In this document: piece by piece, positions 13,033 through 25,799 of the stretch
Numbering within the stretch: the stretch's first letter is position 1
Layout of the letters: each line of letters starts with the position of its first letter
NCBI RefSeq assembly: GCF_000143415.4
Contig: NW_003314400.1
Span: 1-64,000 of the forward strand
Reading direction: 5' to 3'
DNA: 64,000 nucleotides
Origin: Selaginella moellendorffii
Lineage: Eukaryota > Plantae > Lycopodiophyta
The notes under the pieces: generated by a model
Told to the model about the DNA's origin: nothing
The model's input: only the letters and a program-made list of their open reading frames with translations
The model's database searches: none
Position numbers and translations under genes: made by a program

Positions 13033-13421
13033 AGAAGAAGTTCGATGCCCACATCGAACGTCTCGTTTTATCCTACGACTTGTTGACCATGTCTCCGGGG
13101 GCATCCCCCCACTTAGCGGTGTGCCTAAGTTAGCCTCCCCAGTCAAGAGCCCATGACAACGGAATATAGGTGTCCCTATACCCCTCACCTCACCACGCCC
13201 TAGTATGGGGTCGGGACTTGAACCCAGCCTTGCTTTACTAGGGGGTTGGGACTTGAACCCAACCTCTGTAGAATACGTCTACGGATGCGACATCCCCGCG
13301 AGGAGTCGGGAGTAGTGCCCTACACCTGGTCGACTTATCCAACCCATGCTAATTAGCTTACCTTCGGCACGCCTTCGGGTCCTAACATAAGCCATTTGCT
13401 CAACTTTGCAAATTGATATTT

Positions 13422-16400
13422 TTAATTGAACTTTGCATAAGTACATAGAGTTCTGCCTTGTAGAAATTCCTCCACTAGATCTCGCGCGTTCGCTAAGTTC
13501 TCCTCCGGTTCCCATGTTGCTTCGCAGTGTGGAAATCCTTTCCACTTCACATGGAACTCTCTCACCTCGCGTCCTTGTCGCTTGCTCTTGCGCGCATTGA
13601 GGATGGCCTCGACTTCGTATTCCTCTTCCCTTTGGATAACCTCAGGTAAAGGTCTCACTTGGTCCTTGCGAAGCGGATCCTCAAAGTACGGCTTGAGTAA
13701 GTTCACGTGGAACACTGGGTGCATCTTCCCCATCTCTCGAGGAAGTCGGAGTCGGTAAGCCACTTTACCGATTCGTGCCTCAATCTCGTAAGGCCCCGCG
13801 AACCTGCTTAAGGAACTCAAGATCAATTCATTTACAGGAATACATGCATCTTTACCTTTGGGTCAACTTTCGGCTGATCCCACTTGGTAGTCTGAGGTTC
13901 TTGGTGTTCAGCCACACCTTCTCCCCAGCTTGGAACTCTACATCCCGACGCTTTTGGTTCGCGTATTTGGTTTGCCTTTGTTGAGCCCGTTCCAAGGAAT
14001 CCCTCACTAGATTCCAAATGCTGAGTCTTTCCGCCGTGAATGCCTCCACTGCGGGCAACTCTCCATGATACTCGGCCACGCCGAGTTCCACAGGACCTTC
14101 AATAGCTCGCCCATTGATGACTTCCCATGGACTCACCCCGATACTCGAATGTGGTGAGTTGTTATAACACATTTCCGCAAGTCCCAAATGACTTACCCAA
14201 TCGGTCTGGTCTCCCGAGACATAGCATCGCAAATAATCCTCCAGCTGCCTATTCACCCTTTCTGTTTGTCCGTCTGTCTGTGGGTGATAGGCTGTGTTGA
14301 ATTTCAACTTGGTGCGATACTGTTCCAGGAGAGTCCTCAAGAACCTACTGGTGAAGATCTTATCTTGATCTGAGATGATCTCTTCCGGTCTTCCCCACAC
14401 TCGAACCACTTGTTCAAAGAATAGCTTTGCCACACTTTCCGCATCCACCTCTGTTGTGGTGGGTATGAAATGTGCCATTTTCAAAAATCGGTCCACCACC
14501 ACAAATATCGCATCAAACCCCTCGCTTGGGGAAAGTCCTGTGATGAAGTCCATTGTAAGACATTTCCACGGACGATCTGGAATTGGGATGCTTTGCAACA
14601 AGGCCCCACTAGCCTTAGTCACGGCTTTTACCTGCTGACATGTTGGACATGTCTTTACATAGTCTTGGACGTCCTTAGCCATATCTGGCCAATGGTACTT
14701 CCTTTTGAGTAAGCCCATCGTCTTGGGCACTCCACCGTGTCCCACAAGAGGTCCGTCATGACACTCTTCTAATGCCACTTCCTTAGTTCCCCTTCTGGAA
14801 CATACACCCTCGTTTGCTTGTAATAGATGAGTCCGTTGCGTTCCGCATAGCCCGTTTTCTCTTCCGTTGGCAGCTCACCTCTCTAGTGAGCTTCCCGTGC
14901 CTCTAGATTCCTCAGCAACACTTCTTGTGTTAGACCATCGTTCTCATATGCTGTCTGCACATCGTCCCAGAAGGTTGCTGTTGCGCTGGATATTGCCAAC
15001 CTCAAGCTCGCTTTTCGACTTAGCGCATCCGCCACGATGTTGCTCTTCCCAGGCTTGTACAGAATCTCGCAATCAAACTCGGCCAAGGCATTGGCCCACT
15101 GACCTTGTTTCCCTCTTAGGTCGGGCTGTGACAAGAAGTGTTTCGTTGCCACATTGTCCGTGTAAACCTTGAAGTGTCTCCCAAGGTAGTGTCGCCACTC
15201 CTTGAGCGCCTTGACCACCGCAAACAATTCCTTCTCGTGGGCAGGCCACTTCTGTTGAGCCTTGTCCAACTTCTTCGAGAAGAACGCTACCGGATGGTTG
15301 TCTTGCTTCAAAACTGCGCCCAACGCAAAGTCTGAAGCATCCGTTTCTAGCTCAAAGTCCTTACCAAAGTCTGGTAATGCCAATACGGGAGCCTTCCTCA
15401 ACTTCCCTTTGAGGTGGACGAATGCCGCCTCGCATTCCGCTGTCCACACCATCTTCCCTTTTCTTGTTTGGTCCATTAAGGGTAGGGCTACTCTCGAATA
15501 GTGTCTGATAAACTTTCGATAGTAGTTGCATAGCCCCAAGAATGCCCTCAACTCGTGTACATTCGATGGTCGCCCCCATTCCTGGATCGCTTGGACCTTC
15601 TCCGGGTCCACCTTGAGCCCGTCCTGGCCCACCACATGCCCGAGAAACTTTACCTCTTGTTGAGCAAAGTCACATTTGCTCTCTTTAGCATACAGTTTGT
15701 GTTCCCTTAGTTTCTCAAACACCTTCGCCAAGTGTTCGGCATGTTCCTCTAGCATCTCGCTATAGATCAGGATGTCGTTGATATAGATGACCACGAAGTG
15801 ATCCAGATAAGGTACAAAGATGTGGTTCATTAGCGCCGAAAACGTTGCCGACACATTGCATAGCCCAAAGAGCATCACCAGAAACTCGAAGCTCCCCAAA
15901 CTATCGAACAGGTCCTCAATCCTGGGCAAAGGGTACTTGTTCTTCTTTGTATACTTGTTGAGCAACTAGTAGTCTATGCACATGCGCATAGATCCATCTT
16001 TCTTTTTCACAAATAACACCAGCGCCCCATATGGCGACTTGCTCAACCTAACATACCTTTTGTCCACCAACTCCTCTAGTTGGCACTTGAGCTCCTTGAG
16101 TTCTTTTTCGTTCAAACGATAAGGGGGACGAACCACCGCCTCAGCACCCTCGACAAGCTCAATCTTATGTTCTATCGGTCGTGCTGGGGGTAGCCCCGCC
16201 GGTAGCTCCTCCGGCATGGTATCCTGGAATTGGTCCAACACCTGCTAGAGCACTAAAGGTACTTCTTCCATTCATGTCTTTTTGTCACTCTTCACCGAGA
16301 GTAAGCACAAAAAGGCCGCCTTAGTTCCTTTAGTGAGTTGTCCTCTCGTGGACACCAGGTTTAAGCAAGAATCTTTGGCCTTGCTTTGCCCTACCTTTAG

Positions 16401-18044
16401 ATCTTGGGCCTCCACCCTAGATCTTCTTCCTTGGGCATTCGCCAGTACCACAAGGTTTCTACCTTGTCCATGCAGGGCTACCACGAATCGATTGAACCAG
16501 TCCATTCCGAAGATCACATCAAATCCCGCCATATCCAACACGGTGAAATCCATGTCCACCTTCCAAGTCCCCACTTCGACTCTCGCTTGTCGAAGTACCT
16601 CATCGGTGCTTTAGCTACCTTGAACAAACTCTATAGTCCTTGGTTCGCCTAGCCGCTGCACCGTTAGTCCGGCTTGCCGGACTATGTCTGCAGCCACAAA
16701 ATTATCCGAAGCACCCGTGTCAATAAGGATCTTAACAAAGCTACCTCTGAGCTTCCCTCGGAGGGCTAGTAGATGTCGCGAACGACTCTCTACCAAAGTT
16801 GCTCGTGTAATGAGTAACTTTGAGTTAGGGACTGGATCACATACCTCTGTTTGGACTTCACCCAACTTGATGGCCATATTGGCTCTGGCCTTCTTCGGGT
16901 AGGGACATTCCCTCGAGAAGTGTCCCGCTTCACCGCAGTTGTAGCATACGTTTTTTCCCACGCTGCTATACGACTTGACCTTCTTATCCGTGGGTTTGTC
17001 TCTTTTCGCTTGACTCCCCCACATACTCGCTTGCTGGCCACTGGATTTGCCTTTCCAGAACCCCGAGGACTTATTCTTAGAGAAACTCTTCTTGAATTTC
17101 CCTCAGCTAAATGTTCCCCTTGGTTTGGCCCCTTTGCTAAACGTGGATCCCGATCCCTTTGTGTTCCCCTTTCGCAAGTTATCGTTGAAATGCACCTTGA
17201 TGGCTGCATCCAACGCTTCCTTGTAGTTGGTCGGGTTCCACCACATCACTTCGTCGCGAGCCCAGGTTTGCAAACCTGATATGAAGGCATGGAATGCATC
17301 CATATCCCCCATGTCCGTGACAAGTATCCTCTTTGCCATAAACCCATTCACATACTCCTGAATGGTTCCGGTCTGCTTCAGCCTACTCAGCTCGTCCCTT
17401 AGATGTAGAGTAGCATTCGGAGGAACGTAAGTTGCACGGAGCCTCGCTTTCATCATTTCCCAAGTGGCCACCGGTCTTTCGTTGGCCTCTGTCGTTCTCC
17501 ACCAAGACTTGGCATTATCTGCCAAGTATGGTTTTGCACATGGGACCTTCTCCGAGCTCGGTAATCGTAACGCTCGGAAGTAGTCCTTCATATCATAAAA
17601 CCAATCCTCCACCACCTTATAGTCATTCACTCCCTTAAAGACTGGTGGGGGCTTTGGTTTGTACTTGGGAATTGCCTGAGGGACTGATTCCACTTCAGTC
17701 TGTTCAACCTTGTCTGGTTTTGCCTCAGTCCCTATCGAAGGGTCCGCACCTTTTGCGCTGCCAGCATCCGCAGTCTTTCGCTTTTTCTTCCGCTTCTCAT
17801 CACGCTTTAGCTTGCGTATGAGAGTTTCCAGCAGGGCATTAGTCTGTGCCAATTGTCGTTCTAGAACGTCCAATCGAGCCTTGGACAACCGAACCTCACC
17901 ACCAAACTCCTGTTTGGAAGTTGCCTCACTGGAGTCCTCCTCATGCAAGGATTCCTCATCCATAGCCTCCTGTTCGACCGGAGGCTCCAGCTCTGGAGGA
18001 GGTTCCGTCTCTGCCTGGGTTCGCTTACGTCCTGCCCTTGCCAT
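13422..18044 (-). pseudogene. gag-pol polyprotein (disrupted)
   Basis: Gag, CYNCGEAGHFSREC knuckle, protease LIDTGAS, RT (YINDILIYS, with a deletion between LFDSLG and SFEFLVM), RNase H ETDASD, integrase HHCC and core, chromodomain YEVEAIL...VKWKGF...TWEPEENL. Several in-frame stops consistent with C>T changes and a frameshift near 14780. Confidence 0.95.
13804..13855 (-). other. 52-nt GT-AG intron-like insert in the integrase GPY motif
   Basis: CAAAG|GTAAAG...TTAAGCAG|GTTCGCG. Removing it restores KLTQRFAGPY and fuses ORFs 13852-14778 and 13422-13826. Confidence 0.8.
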
Positions 18045-18088
18045 CTCCCAGCAATCCGCCTCTATCCTTTGCTAGAACTGAGGAAGAG

Positions 18089-18100
18089 GCTCCGATACCA
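18089..18100 (-). promoter_or_regulatory. tRNA-iMet primer binding site
   Basis: TGGTATCGGAGC, 3 nt from the 5' LTR (canonical TGGTATCAGAGC with one G:U-compatible change). Confidence 0.92.
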
Positions 18101-18103
18101 AAT

Positions 18104-19268
18104 TGTAAGCCACAAATTTTTCCTTTCCAATTTGCGAGCTTACCTCGTCTATCCGACCAACTCTGCCTTGGCTTGTGCTAAGTTCCCTCGCCAAGGTTCC
18201 CGCCTATGGTACCAGCTCCTACTTGGTCCTACTTGGTTTTAGCTACTCATTGCACGAGCAACGAAGTGTTAGCCATCCATCTACGGATTCCCAAATCTCT
18301 CCCAATCCCCCTCCCGGGTTAGACTGGACTTAAGGTTCGGCTACACTCCCCGTAGGCACAAGCAGCCAAGCACACCAAGCCTCCAGGTTCCTAACACCCC
18401 TTGGTACCACAAGACTTGATCATGGGACCCTCTAAATCCCAAGTCTTGGGTGCAGCACTTGCTTCGGGACGTCGGGGCGAAACACCGTGGCCTAACAGCC
18501 CGGTATGGGTACTTCTACCCCCCCACTTCCATCCCGAAGGGAAGACCCAAGCCCCTAGGAAGGGCGAGGACCAATGAGCCACAAGGTACTCAAGTGGGGC
18601 ACCACTCCACATGAGCCAAGAGCACCGCAGTCAATTTCCCTTTCGGGAGTGGGAGCTGCTCTTGAGCACTTCCCTGGGTGGCCCCTCCGGCACCACTCAA
18701 GCCCATGCTCACTCCCACCCAAGGCCCCTCGGCCCCAGTCTCAACCTCAAGTCAGTTTGGAAGCACCACTGGAGAGTTCCTTCAAGACTGGTTCCTGGAC
18801 CTCACTATTCCTACTATACTTTTGGAACCCCCTGCAGCTCCCCCCCCCCGCCCCCCTGGGAGACGCACGCTTTAGGCTTTCACCCCTTGACCCGTATTAG
18901 TATTTGACTTAGTCTCTGGCTCGATCTCGGACCCGATTTCGGATCCGACTTCGGATTCGGTCTCGGACTCGATCTCGGACTCGATCTCGGACCCGATCTC
19001 GAACCCGACCTCGGACCCGACCTCGGACTCGGTCTCGGACCCGATTTCGGATCTCGGACTCCGTCTCGAACTCGGTCTCGAACTCGGACTCGAACTCGGT
19101 CCCCGAGTTGGTCTCGGACTCGTTTCCGGACTCTATCTCGAACTCGGTCCTAGAGTCGGTCTTGGACTCGATCTTCGACTTGGTCCCATCCGATGAACTC
19201 TTTGTCATTTTGGTCATGCTTTTGGGGTTCCTTTAGCCTACGACACCTCGGCGAGTTGGTTCCTTACA
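18104..19268 (-). repeat. 5' LTR
   Basis: Partner of 11858-13018 and adjacent to the PBS. Confidence 0.96.
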
Positions 19269-19426
19269 CTTCTTAACCTGCTTCTCAGTTCTTTGCTTAC
19301 ACTACTAACATATAGGGCAAGAATAGATGTAATTTGCTACATCATTTTCCATACTAGACTAGAAAAATCCCTTTTTCAATAAAGCAAGAGTTTTTCATTT
19401 ACCACCATATCCCACTACCAGAACAT

Positions 19427-19999
19427 TGTAAGCAACCAAAGGGAACGACTCGAGAGACGGTCCATAGAGTTCAAATATAGAGGGAAAGGGCCCATGAACA
19501 AGAGTGCACCCCCTTTTCCAATCGGTTAAGGGTCTTGGGATATTTGGGGTTAAGCGTCCTTGGGTTTGAATAGTATTGGGTTGGGTGACCTCCCGGGAAG
19601 TCCAAATACAGGAGCGTTACATTTGGTATCGGAGTGGTTTCGGGTCCGACTCTGTTGGTTGGCTAGTTTGCTCCCGCTGGGCTCGACCCGAGGCTAGTCT
19701 AGTTTGCTCCCGCTGAGCTCGACCCGAGGGGTAGGGTGTCGGGAGAGCTACGGCTCTCAGCTTCCGTTCACGAGGGCGTGAATTTGTAGGGAAGCATGGT
19801 GGATTGTAAGCAACCAAAGGGAACGACTCGAGAGACGATCCATGGGGTTCAAATATAGAGGGAAAGGGCCCATGAACAAGAGTGCACCTCTTTTTCTAAT
19901 CGGTTAAGGGTCTTAGGATATTTGGGGTTAAGCGTCCTTGGGTTTGAATAGTACTAGGCTGGGTGACCTCCCGGGAAGTCCAAATACAGGAGCGTTACA
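19427..19999 (+). mobile_element. Cassandra-type TRIM, intact
   Basis: 195-bp LTRs at 19427-19621 and 19805-19999, TSD AACAT, PBS TGGTATCGGAG. The LTR core GTTAAGCGTCCTTGGG...TAGTACTAGGCTGGGTGACCTCCCGGGAAGTCC matches the 5S rRNA A-box/IE/C-box region. Confidence 0.95.
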
Positions 20000-21137
20000 A
20001 ACATTATGATGTTCCTATAGAAACAATTATTGCAAATCCTTAGAGGGAAGATATAATTTTTTTTACTTATAGAAAATAAGCTTGTCCTGAACTGAGAAGT
20101 GAAGTTTTACATTGACACAACTAACAACTTTGCTACTTCACTACCAAGGTTTTGCTTCGACAACTCTACATGGTGCAAGATTACTTTTGCCAATGGATCA
20201 CTTCCATATGAAGCCCAAACATCCTCCAACCAGTCTAAATTGATTGTTGACATTGTTTGGAACTAAGTCTGACAACTCAATGTGTCTTTACTAGGTTTAT
20301 AGATGATTTCAATATCGAATCTAGCGAGCTTCTCTTTCCAAAGAGTCTACTGCAGCATAAACTTTAGCTACATAACAAAGTAAATTAATTACGCCACCAC
20401 CAACATATGCCCAAGAAAGTTCAATTGCAATTGTCCAAAAGTGATTTTACTTTCCATAGCATATAATTTATGTTCATGCAACTTCTAAAATACTATTTCT
20501 AAGTGTTTCAAACAATCCTTTAATGTTTCACTAAAGATTAGAATATTGTCGATATATAGGATAACAAATGTGTCTAAATAATCTCTAAATATTCTATCCA
20601 TCATTGTATTGAATGTGGCTGAAGCATTACATAACCTAAATGGCATGACAAGGAACTCATAAGATCCATACCGAGTTTTAAAGGTTTTTTTCTCCATATC
20701 TTGATTTACCACCCATATTTGATGATACTTGGACTGAAAATCAAGTTGCGTAAAATACTTAGTGTTTAAGAGTTGGTCAAACAAATCATCAATGCGTAAC
20801 AAAAAGGACCAATGCTCTATAAGATGACTTAGTGAGATATGACCTTTATCAAAAAGCTTTGTCAGTTACTTCTTGAGTTCAGCCACCTCCTTGATGTTTA
20901 AACAATATAAAGCTTTTCTAGGTGGTTTAAAACCTAGAACAATCTCAATCCGATAATCAATCTCACGGATAAGAGGTAATATTGGTAGTAAATCCTTTGG
21001 AAAGATATTTACATTTCATGCTAATAACTCCAATATTTCCTTTAGTACAGGATAAACTTTATCACCAATTCGAACTGGGTCACTATCACCCTCAGCTTCC
21101 ATCACTTGAACTTAAAAGGTCTAACATCCCTTCTTAG

Positions 21138-22863
21138 TGTGAGACATAAAATCCCTAGGCCCCAAAGTGGAGCCGAAAAGGGTGCCACGTGGTAGTGGCC
21201 GAAGCGAAAGCCAAACGAGCGTAACACGTTTGGACTAAAAGCTCCGACTTGGAAGGTCGAGAGCAGGAGTGGAACTCCCAACAAAGTGCTCGAGGAGCGA
21301 GCATGAGGCAACTAATAAGCAAGGCTCCAAAAAGGGACCCAAAAAGGACCAACACATGACACATGGAAGTGTCCAAGATGGATCCGAGATGGATCTGAGA
21401 CGGAGTCCGAAATAGAGTCCGAGATGGGGTCCGAGATGGAGTCTGAGATGGACCCGAAGTGGGGTCCGAGATGGACCCAAGATGGAGTCCGAGATGGACT
21501 CGAGATGGAGTCCGAGATGGACCGAGATGGAGTTCGAGATGGACCCAAGATAGAGTCCAAAATGGACCCAAGATGGAGTCTGAGATGGACCGAGATGGAG
21601 TCCAAGATGGACCCGAGATGGAGTCCGAGATGGACCCGAGGTGGAGTCCAAGATGGACCCGAGGTGGAGTCCGAAGTCGAGACCGAGACCGAGACCGAGA
21701 CCGGGACTGAGACCAAGACTGAGACCAGGACCGAGACCGAGACCAAGACCGGGATTGAGACCGAGACCGAGGCCAAGGCCGAGCCCAAGCCCAAGTCCAA
21801 GTCCGAGTCCGAGTCCGAATCCAAGTCCGAGTCCGAGTTCAAATCCAAGTCCGAGTCCAAGTTCGAGTCCGAGTTCGAGTCTGAGAGGGTGAAAGCCCAA
21901 AGCGTTCGTCTCCTAGACCATGGGGGGTTTGGTGAGCTCCAAAAGTATAGTAAGGGGGAGGACTGCAGTGGAGCTAGTTTGGCCCAAGAAGGCCAGACCT
22001 ATTGTTGGGTGATGAACTGACCATTGGGAAGTCCAAGACTAGAGTGAATATGGACCAACAAGCGGGGTAGCTTGGTGAAGTGTTCAAGAGCCGGCTCTAG
22101 TTCCCCCGGGAGATCGTCTAGCCAATGCTCCCAGTCCAAGTGTGGGTGGCACTACTTACTTGGATACCAGGCGTGGCTCAACGGAACCTCGCTCTAAGCC
22201 TATGGCTAGAGCACATAAAGGCGGAAGGTGGGGAGAGTACCCACGGGGCTCGCGTAGGCCCACGGTGTTCCAAAATGTTATCCCAGAGTCCCAAATGGGG
22301 AAAAGGAGGAAGAGCAGTCCTCTAGTGTAGTGACTAAGGATACAGTCACATGGTGAGGAAGTCCCAGAGGACCATGGGACTTAGTGGTCGGGCCTGTAGG
22401 CCTTGATCTAGTGATAGTGTTGGCGAATATGGCCATGGACAGAAAAGGGACTTGGTAGGAATTGACAAAGGGATACTGGGGAAGGCTATTCCCCATGTCT
22501 GTAAGCATCCTAAGGATGCTAAGGAGTGGATATGGGTTAACCACTTGCGGACAGATGGCTCAGTCTTGGAGAGACGGGATTGTGATGCAAGTGGTATTGG
22601 ACCACTAATGTGGCAAAGGTGAATGGACATGGCCTTAGCGTAACGGGCCGATATGTCAATGGTACCTTTGGGTGTTGGTCTTGGGACCGGACACATGGAG
22701 CACTTGGACTAAGTGTTAGGGATGAGTGGCATGGATGCCATCCTCGGGGCTACCAAGTCTCAAGTCCTGAATTGGACTTAAGGAGGTTGTGAATGAAACT
22801 CCTCCAAATGGTCAAAGGTGTGGTTAAGTGACTAAAGTAGAATGGAAAAATTAGTCGTTTACA
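21138..22863 (+). mobile_element. Solo LTR (1726 bp)
   Basis: TG...CA with TSD CTTAG. GAGATGGACCC/GAGACC arrays and a GGGTGAAAGCCCAAAGCG block are shared with the 11858 LTR family (strand assigned from that homology). Confidence 0.9.
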
Positions 22864-23712
22864 CTTAGCTGCTTTTTGAGTGGCTCTTGCAATAAAAAAT
22901 TTAGCATTCTAATCCTTTGAGGAGTGTTTTTGCAATTAGAAGGACACATCATAAGTCCTTCTATATGACTTTATCTAGCACCATAAATCCTTTTAATATA
23001 TTTGTTGAAGAAATTTATACCAAACACCATATAAAAACTTGGTATCTTCAACACTACCAAGTCCAATCTCTTTTTTCACTTGAATATTTTTATTGGAACA
23101 TCACTCACAAATTTTCTAGCTACTTGCCCACCTTCCACAAAATAGAAATGTATGGGTAACATGCCCTTAGCTTTCAATCTTAATAACTTTATTAAGTCCT
23201 TAGATATTATGTTGTGCATAGCTCTTATGTCAATTATCAATCAGATTTAGTATCCATAGATAAAGCTTACAAGATACATTAGTGCTTGCATTCACTGTGA
23301 AAAAAGCTTGAGGGAAGTAATAAAAGTAACTCACCTCTTCTTCCTCATAATTTACATTAACAATCTCATCAACCCTTTCAACTTTGCCACCACCATCTTC
23401 CCTCATGACATTAATACAAGATATTATCTTATGCTTGTTAGGACATTCCGAGGACCTATATCTTACCTCTTCATAATGAAAGCAATAACCCATACTACCC
23501 ATTTTACTAGAAGTAGGTTTTGCAAATCATTATTGCTTGTACCCACCATAAGGAAGAACAAAGGGCCTAAGACCAAAAAAAGCCATTAGTGGTCACAAAC
23601 CACCATCTTTATTAACCATTATTTGTGCCCAAAGTGGAACTTCCCTTCCATTATTTTTGATCATTTTGTTTATTCCCAAAGTTTTTATTTGTGTCCAAGG
23701 TAACAATATATA

Positions 23713-24537
23713 TGTAAGCTCCTGAGTTTGGACTTCCCGGGAGGTCACCCAGCCCAGTACTATTCAAACCCAAGGACGCTTAACTCCAAGTATCCCAAGA
23801 CCCTTAACCGATTGGAAAAGGGGGTGCACTCTTGTTCATGGGCCCTTTCCCTCTATATTTGAACCCTATGGATCGTCTCTCAAGTCGTTCCCTTTGGTTG
23901 CTTACAATCTACCACGCTTCCCTGCAAGTTCACGCCCTCGTGAATAGAAGCTGAGAGCCGTAGCTCTCTCGAGAGCCCCGTTCTCTTGACACCCAGCCAG
24001 ATTGACTCGAGAGCCCTGTTCTCTTGACACCCAGCCAGATGTCAATCAACATGTGGTGTGATTCCCTTAGCCAACCAACAAGTTCACGCCCTCGTGAATG
24101 GAAGCTGAGAGCCGTAGCTCTCCCGAGAGCCCCGTTCTCTTGACACCCAGCCAGATGTCAATCAACATGTGGTGTGATTCCCTTAGCCAACCAACAAGTT
24201 CACGCCCTCGTGAATGGAAGCTGAGAGCCGTAGCTCTCCCGAGAGCCCCGTTCTCTTGACACCCAGCCAGATGTCAATCAACATGTGGTGTGATTCCCTT
24301 AGCCAACCAACAGAGTCGGACCTGAGACCGCTCCGATACCAAATGTAAACTCCTGAGTTTGGACTTCCCGAGAGGTCACCCAGCCCAGTATTATTCAAAC
24401 CCAAGGACGCTTAACTCTAAGTATCCCAAGACCCTTAACCGATTGGAAAAGGGGGTGCACTCTTGTTCATGGGCCCTTTCCCTCTATATTTGAACCCTAT
24501 AGATCGTCTCTCAAGTCGTTCCTTTTGGTTGCTTACA
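23713..24537 (-). mobile_element. Cassandra-type TRIM with amplified internal region
   Basis: LTRs 23713-23906 and 24344-24537, TSD ATATA, PBS TGGTATCGGAGC. Internal unit repeated at 23925, 24079 and 24195. Confidence 0.95.
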
Positions 24538-25799
24538 ATATAGTTGCTAATATTGTTGCATGAGTGAGTGACTAAAGGCAACCTATTGTGTTGCTTTTTT
24601 ACACTCTATATATATCTTTGGCTTAAACTTTAAAATCTCATTATGAGAAAGTGAATTTGAACCTTCTAGGAAATAACTTCAAACATCTTTGTCACTCATA
24701 TTTGCAATCATAATGTGCTTTTATGAATTAACAATCACAAATCACTACACTTCACAGTAAATTGATACAAGGAGGTAAAACATATGTTTTATATGTTTTT
24801 TGGTTTTCTCCACAGCTGTCCAGTGGGCAATATATATATCATCTCATACAATGTGTCAGCTTCTTGCCAAATGGTTTATTATTAAGATCACTAGCATGAT
24901 TTAATCCTAGAGAAGGTGAATTATAATAATTCAAGTATTCAAAAACCAACTAAGTCTCCAACCATTTGGACTCAGAACCTCGCCAGCGACTAAAATTGAA
25001 ATTGTGTATGCTCTAGAGACATGTGTTACACTTAAACCCTAACATGCAACTCTAAATCCTAAACAAAAAACATAATACAAGAAGGTTGGAGCAGGTAAAC
25101 TGTAAAACCCTTCATGATGTATGTTACCCTGGGAGAATTAATGACTACAAAATTATGATTGAAATAGAAAATGGTTGTCAAATATCAAGCATATCACTTG
25201 ATCTGGTAAAAAAACTTACGCTCCCTATATATCATAGTTCACAGTTACATGTATTTTTTAATAAGACCATGTGCAAATGATCAATTGAAAGAAGGATATG
25301 GAATTGAAGATTTATCTTATAAATTTGGAAATTTTCTAGAGAGGAGAACATTCAGTGTTATATGAAAAGCTCTTCTGAGACTAGATTTCTTAAAGATGAT
25401 AAGCATGTGGTAATTATTGACTTTAAAAATCACATTGTTACTTTTAAATGCAATGAATCAAGGTTGGTGGCACAGATTTCAATCTTCACATGGTATATAT
25501 GAGGTGAGTAAAAATAAATTCAAAGATATGAATAACTTATGTTGGTGTTCTAACACTCCAAGAGATATTAGTTTGGCTGCAGAAAAAGTTTGTGCCTTTA
25601 GAAAACTTTCCAGATTTCCTTAGGGTGAGAAGACTTAGATGAACTTTGGGATCTCCCACGCTTCATTTTAAGAAAATAATAAAAACGGAATAATATTTGT
25701 GCTTAGGATCAATCACAATGGCATCGCAAGCAGCACCAACACTCCTTTCAACTTATACAGAGTGGATCTTACAGGCAATCACGAACATCCCCAATTGGA

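Larger units (their letters stand above)
11858..19268 (-). mobile_element. Full-length chromovirus Ty3/Gypsy LTR retrotransposon (inactivated copy)
   Basis: Two ~1.16 kb LTRs (TGTAAG...CTTACA), PBS, PPT, and gag-PR-RT-RH-IN-chromodomain order. Confidence 0.97.
10780..23700 (-). mobile_element. Old decayed chromovirus Ty3/Gypsy, host of three nested insertions
   Basis: Chromodomain remnant (LVKWHGYPTCELTWEP, ~10800-10940), integrase remnants on both sides of 11858-19268, RT remnant 20485-20802 (FKTRYGSYEFLVMPF...YIDNILIFS), and protease/zinc-knuckle remnants to ~23600. Boundaries approximate. Confidence 0.8.

Noticed and set aside
19549-19603. 5S rRNA gene (and similar hits in the other short LTRs)
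   Set aside because: Only the internal promoter portion is present, and it sits inside paired LTRs with PBS and TSD, so it is Cassandra and not rRNA.
21155-22020. Long Gly-Leu, Ser-Asp and Arg-Pro repeat ORFs (also 12651-12965, 18909-19217, 51411-51870)
   Set aside because: Translations of 6/11/12-bp LTR minisatellites that are open in many frames; not genes.
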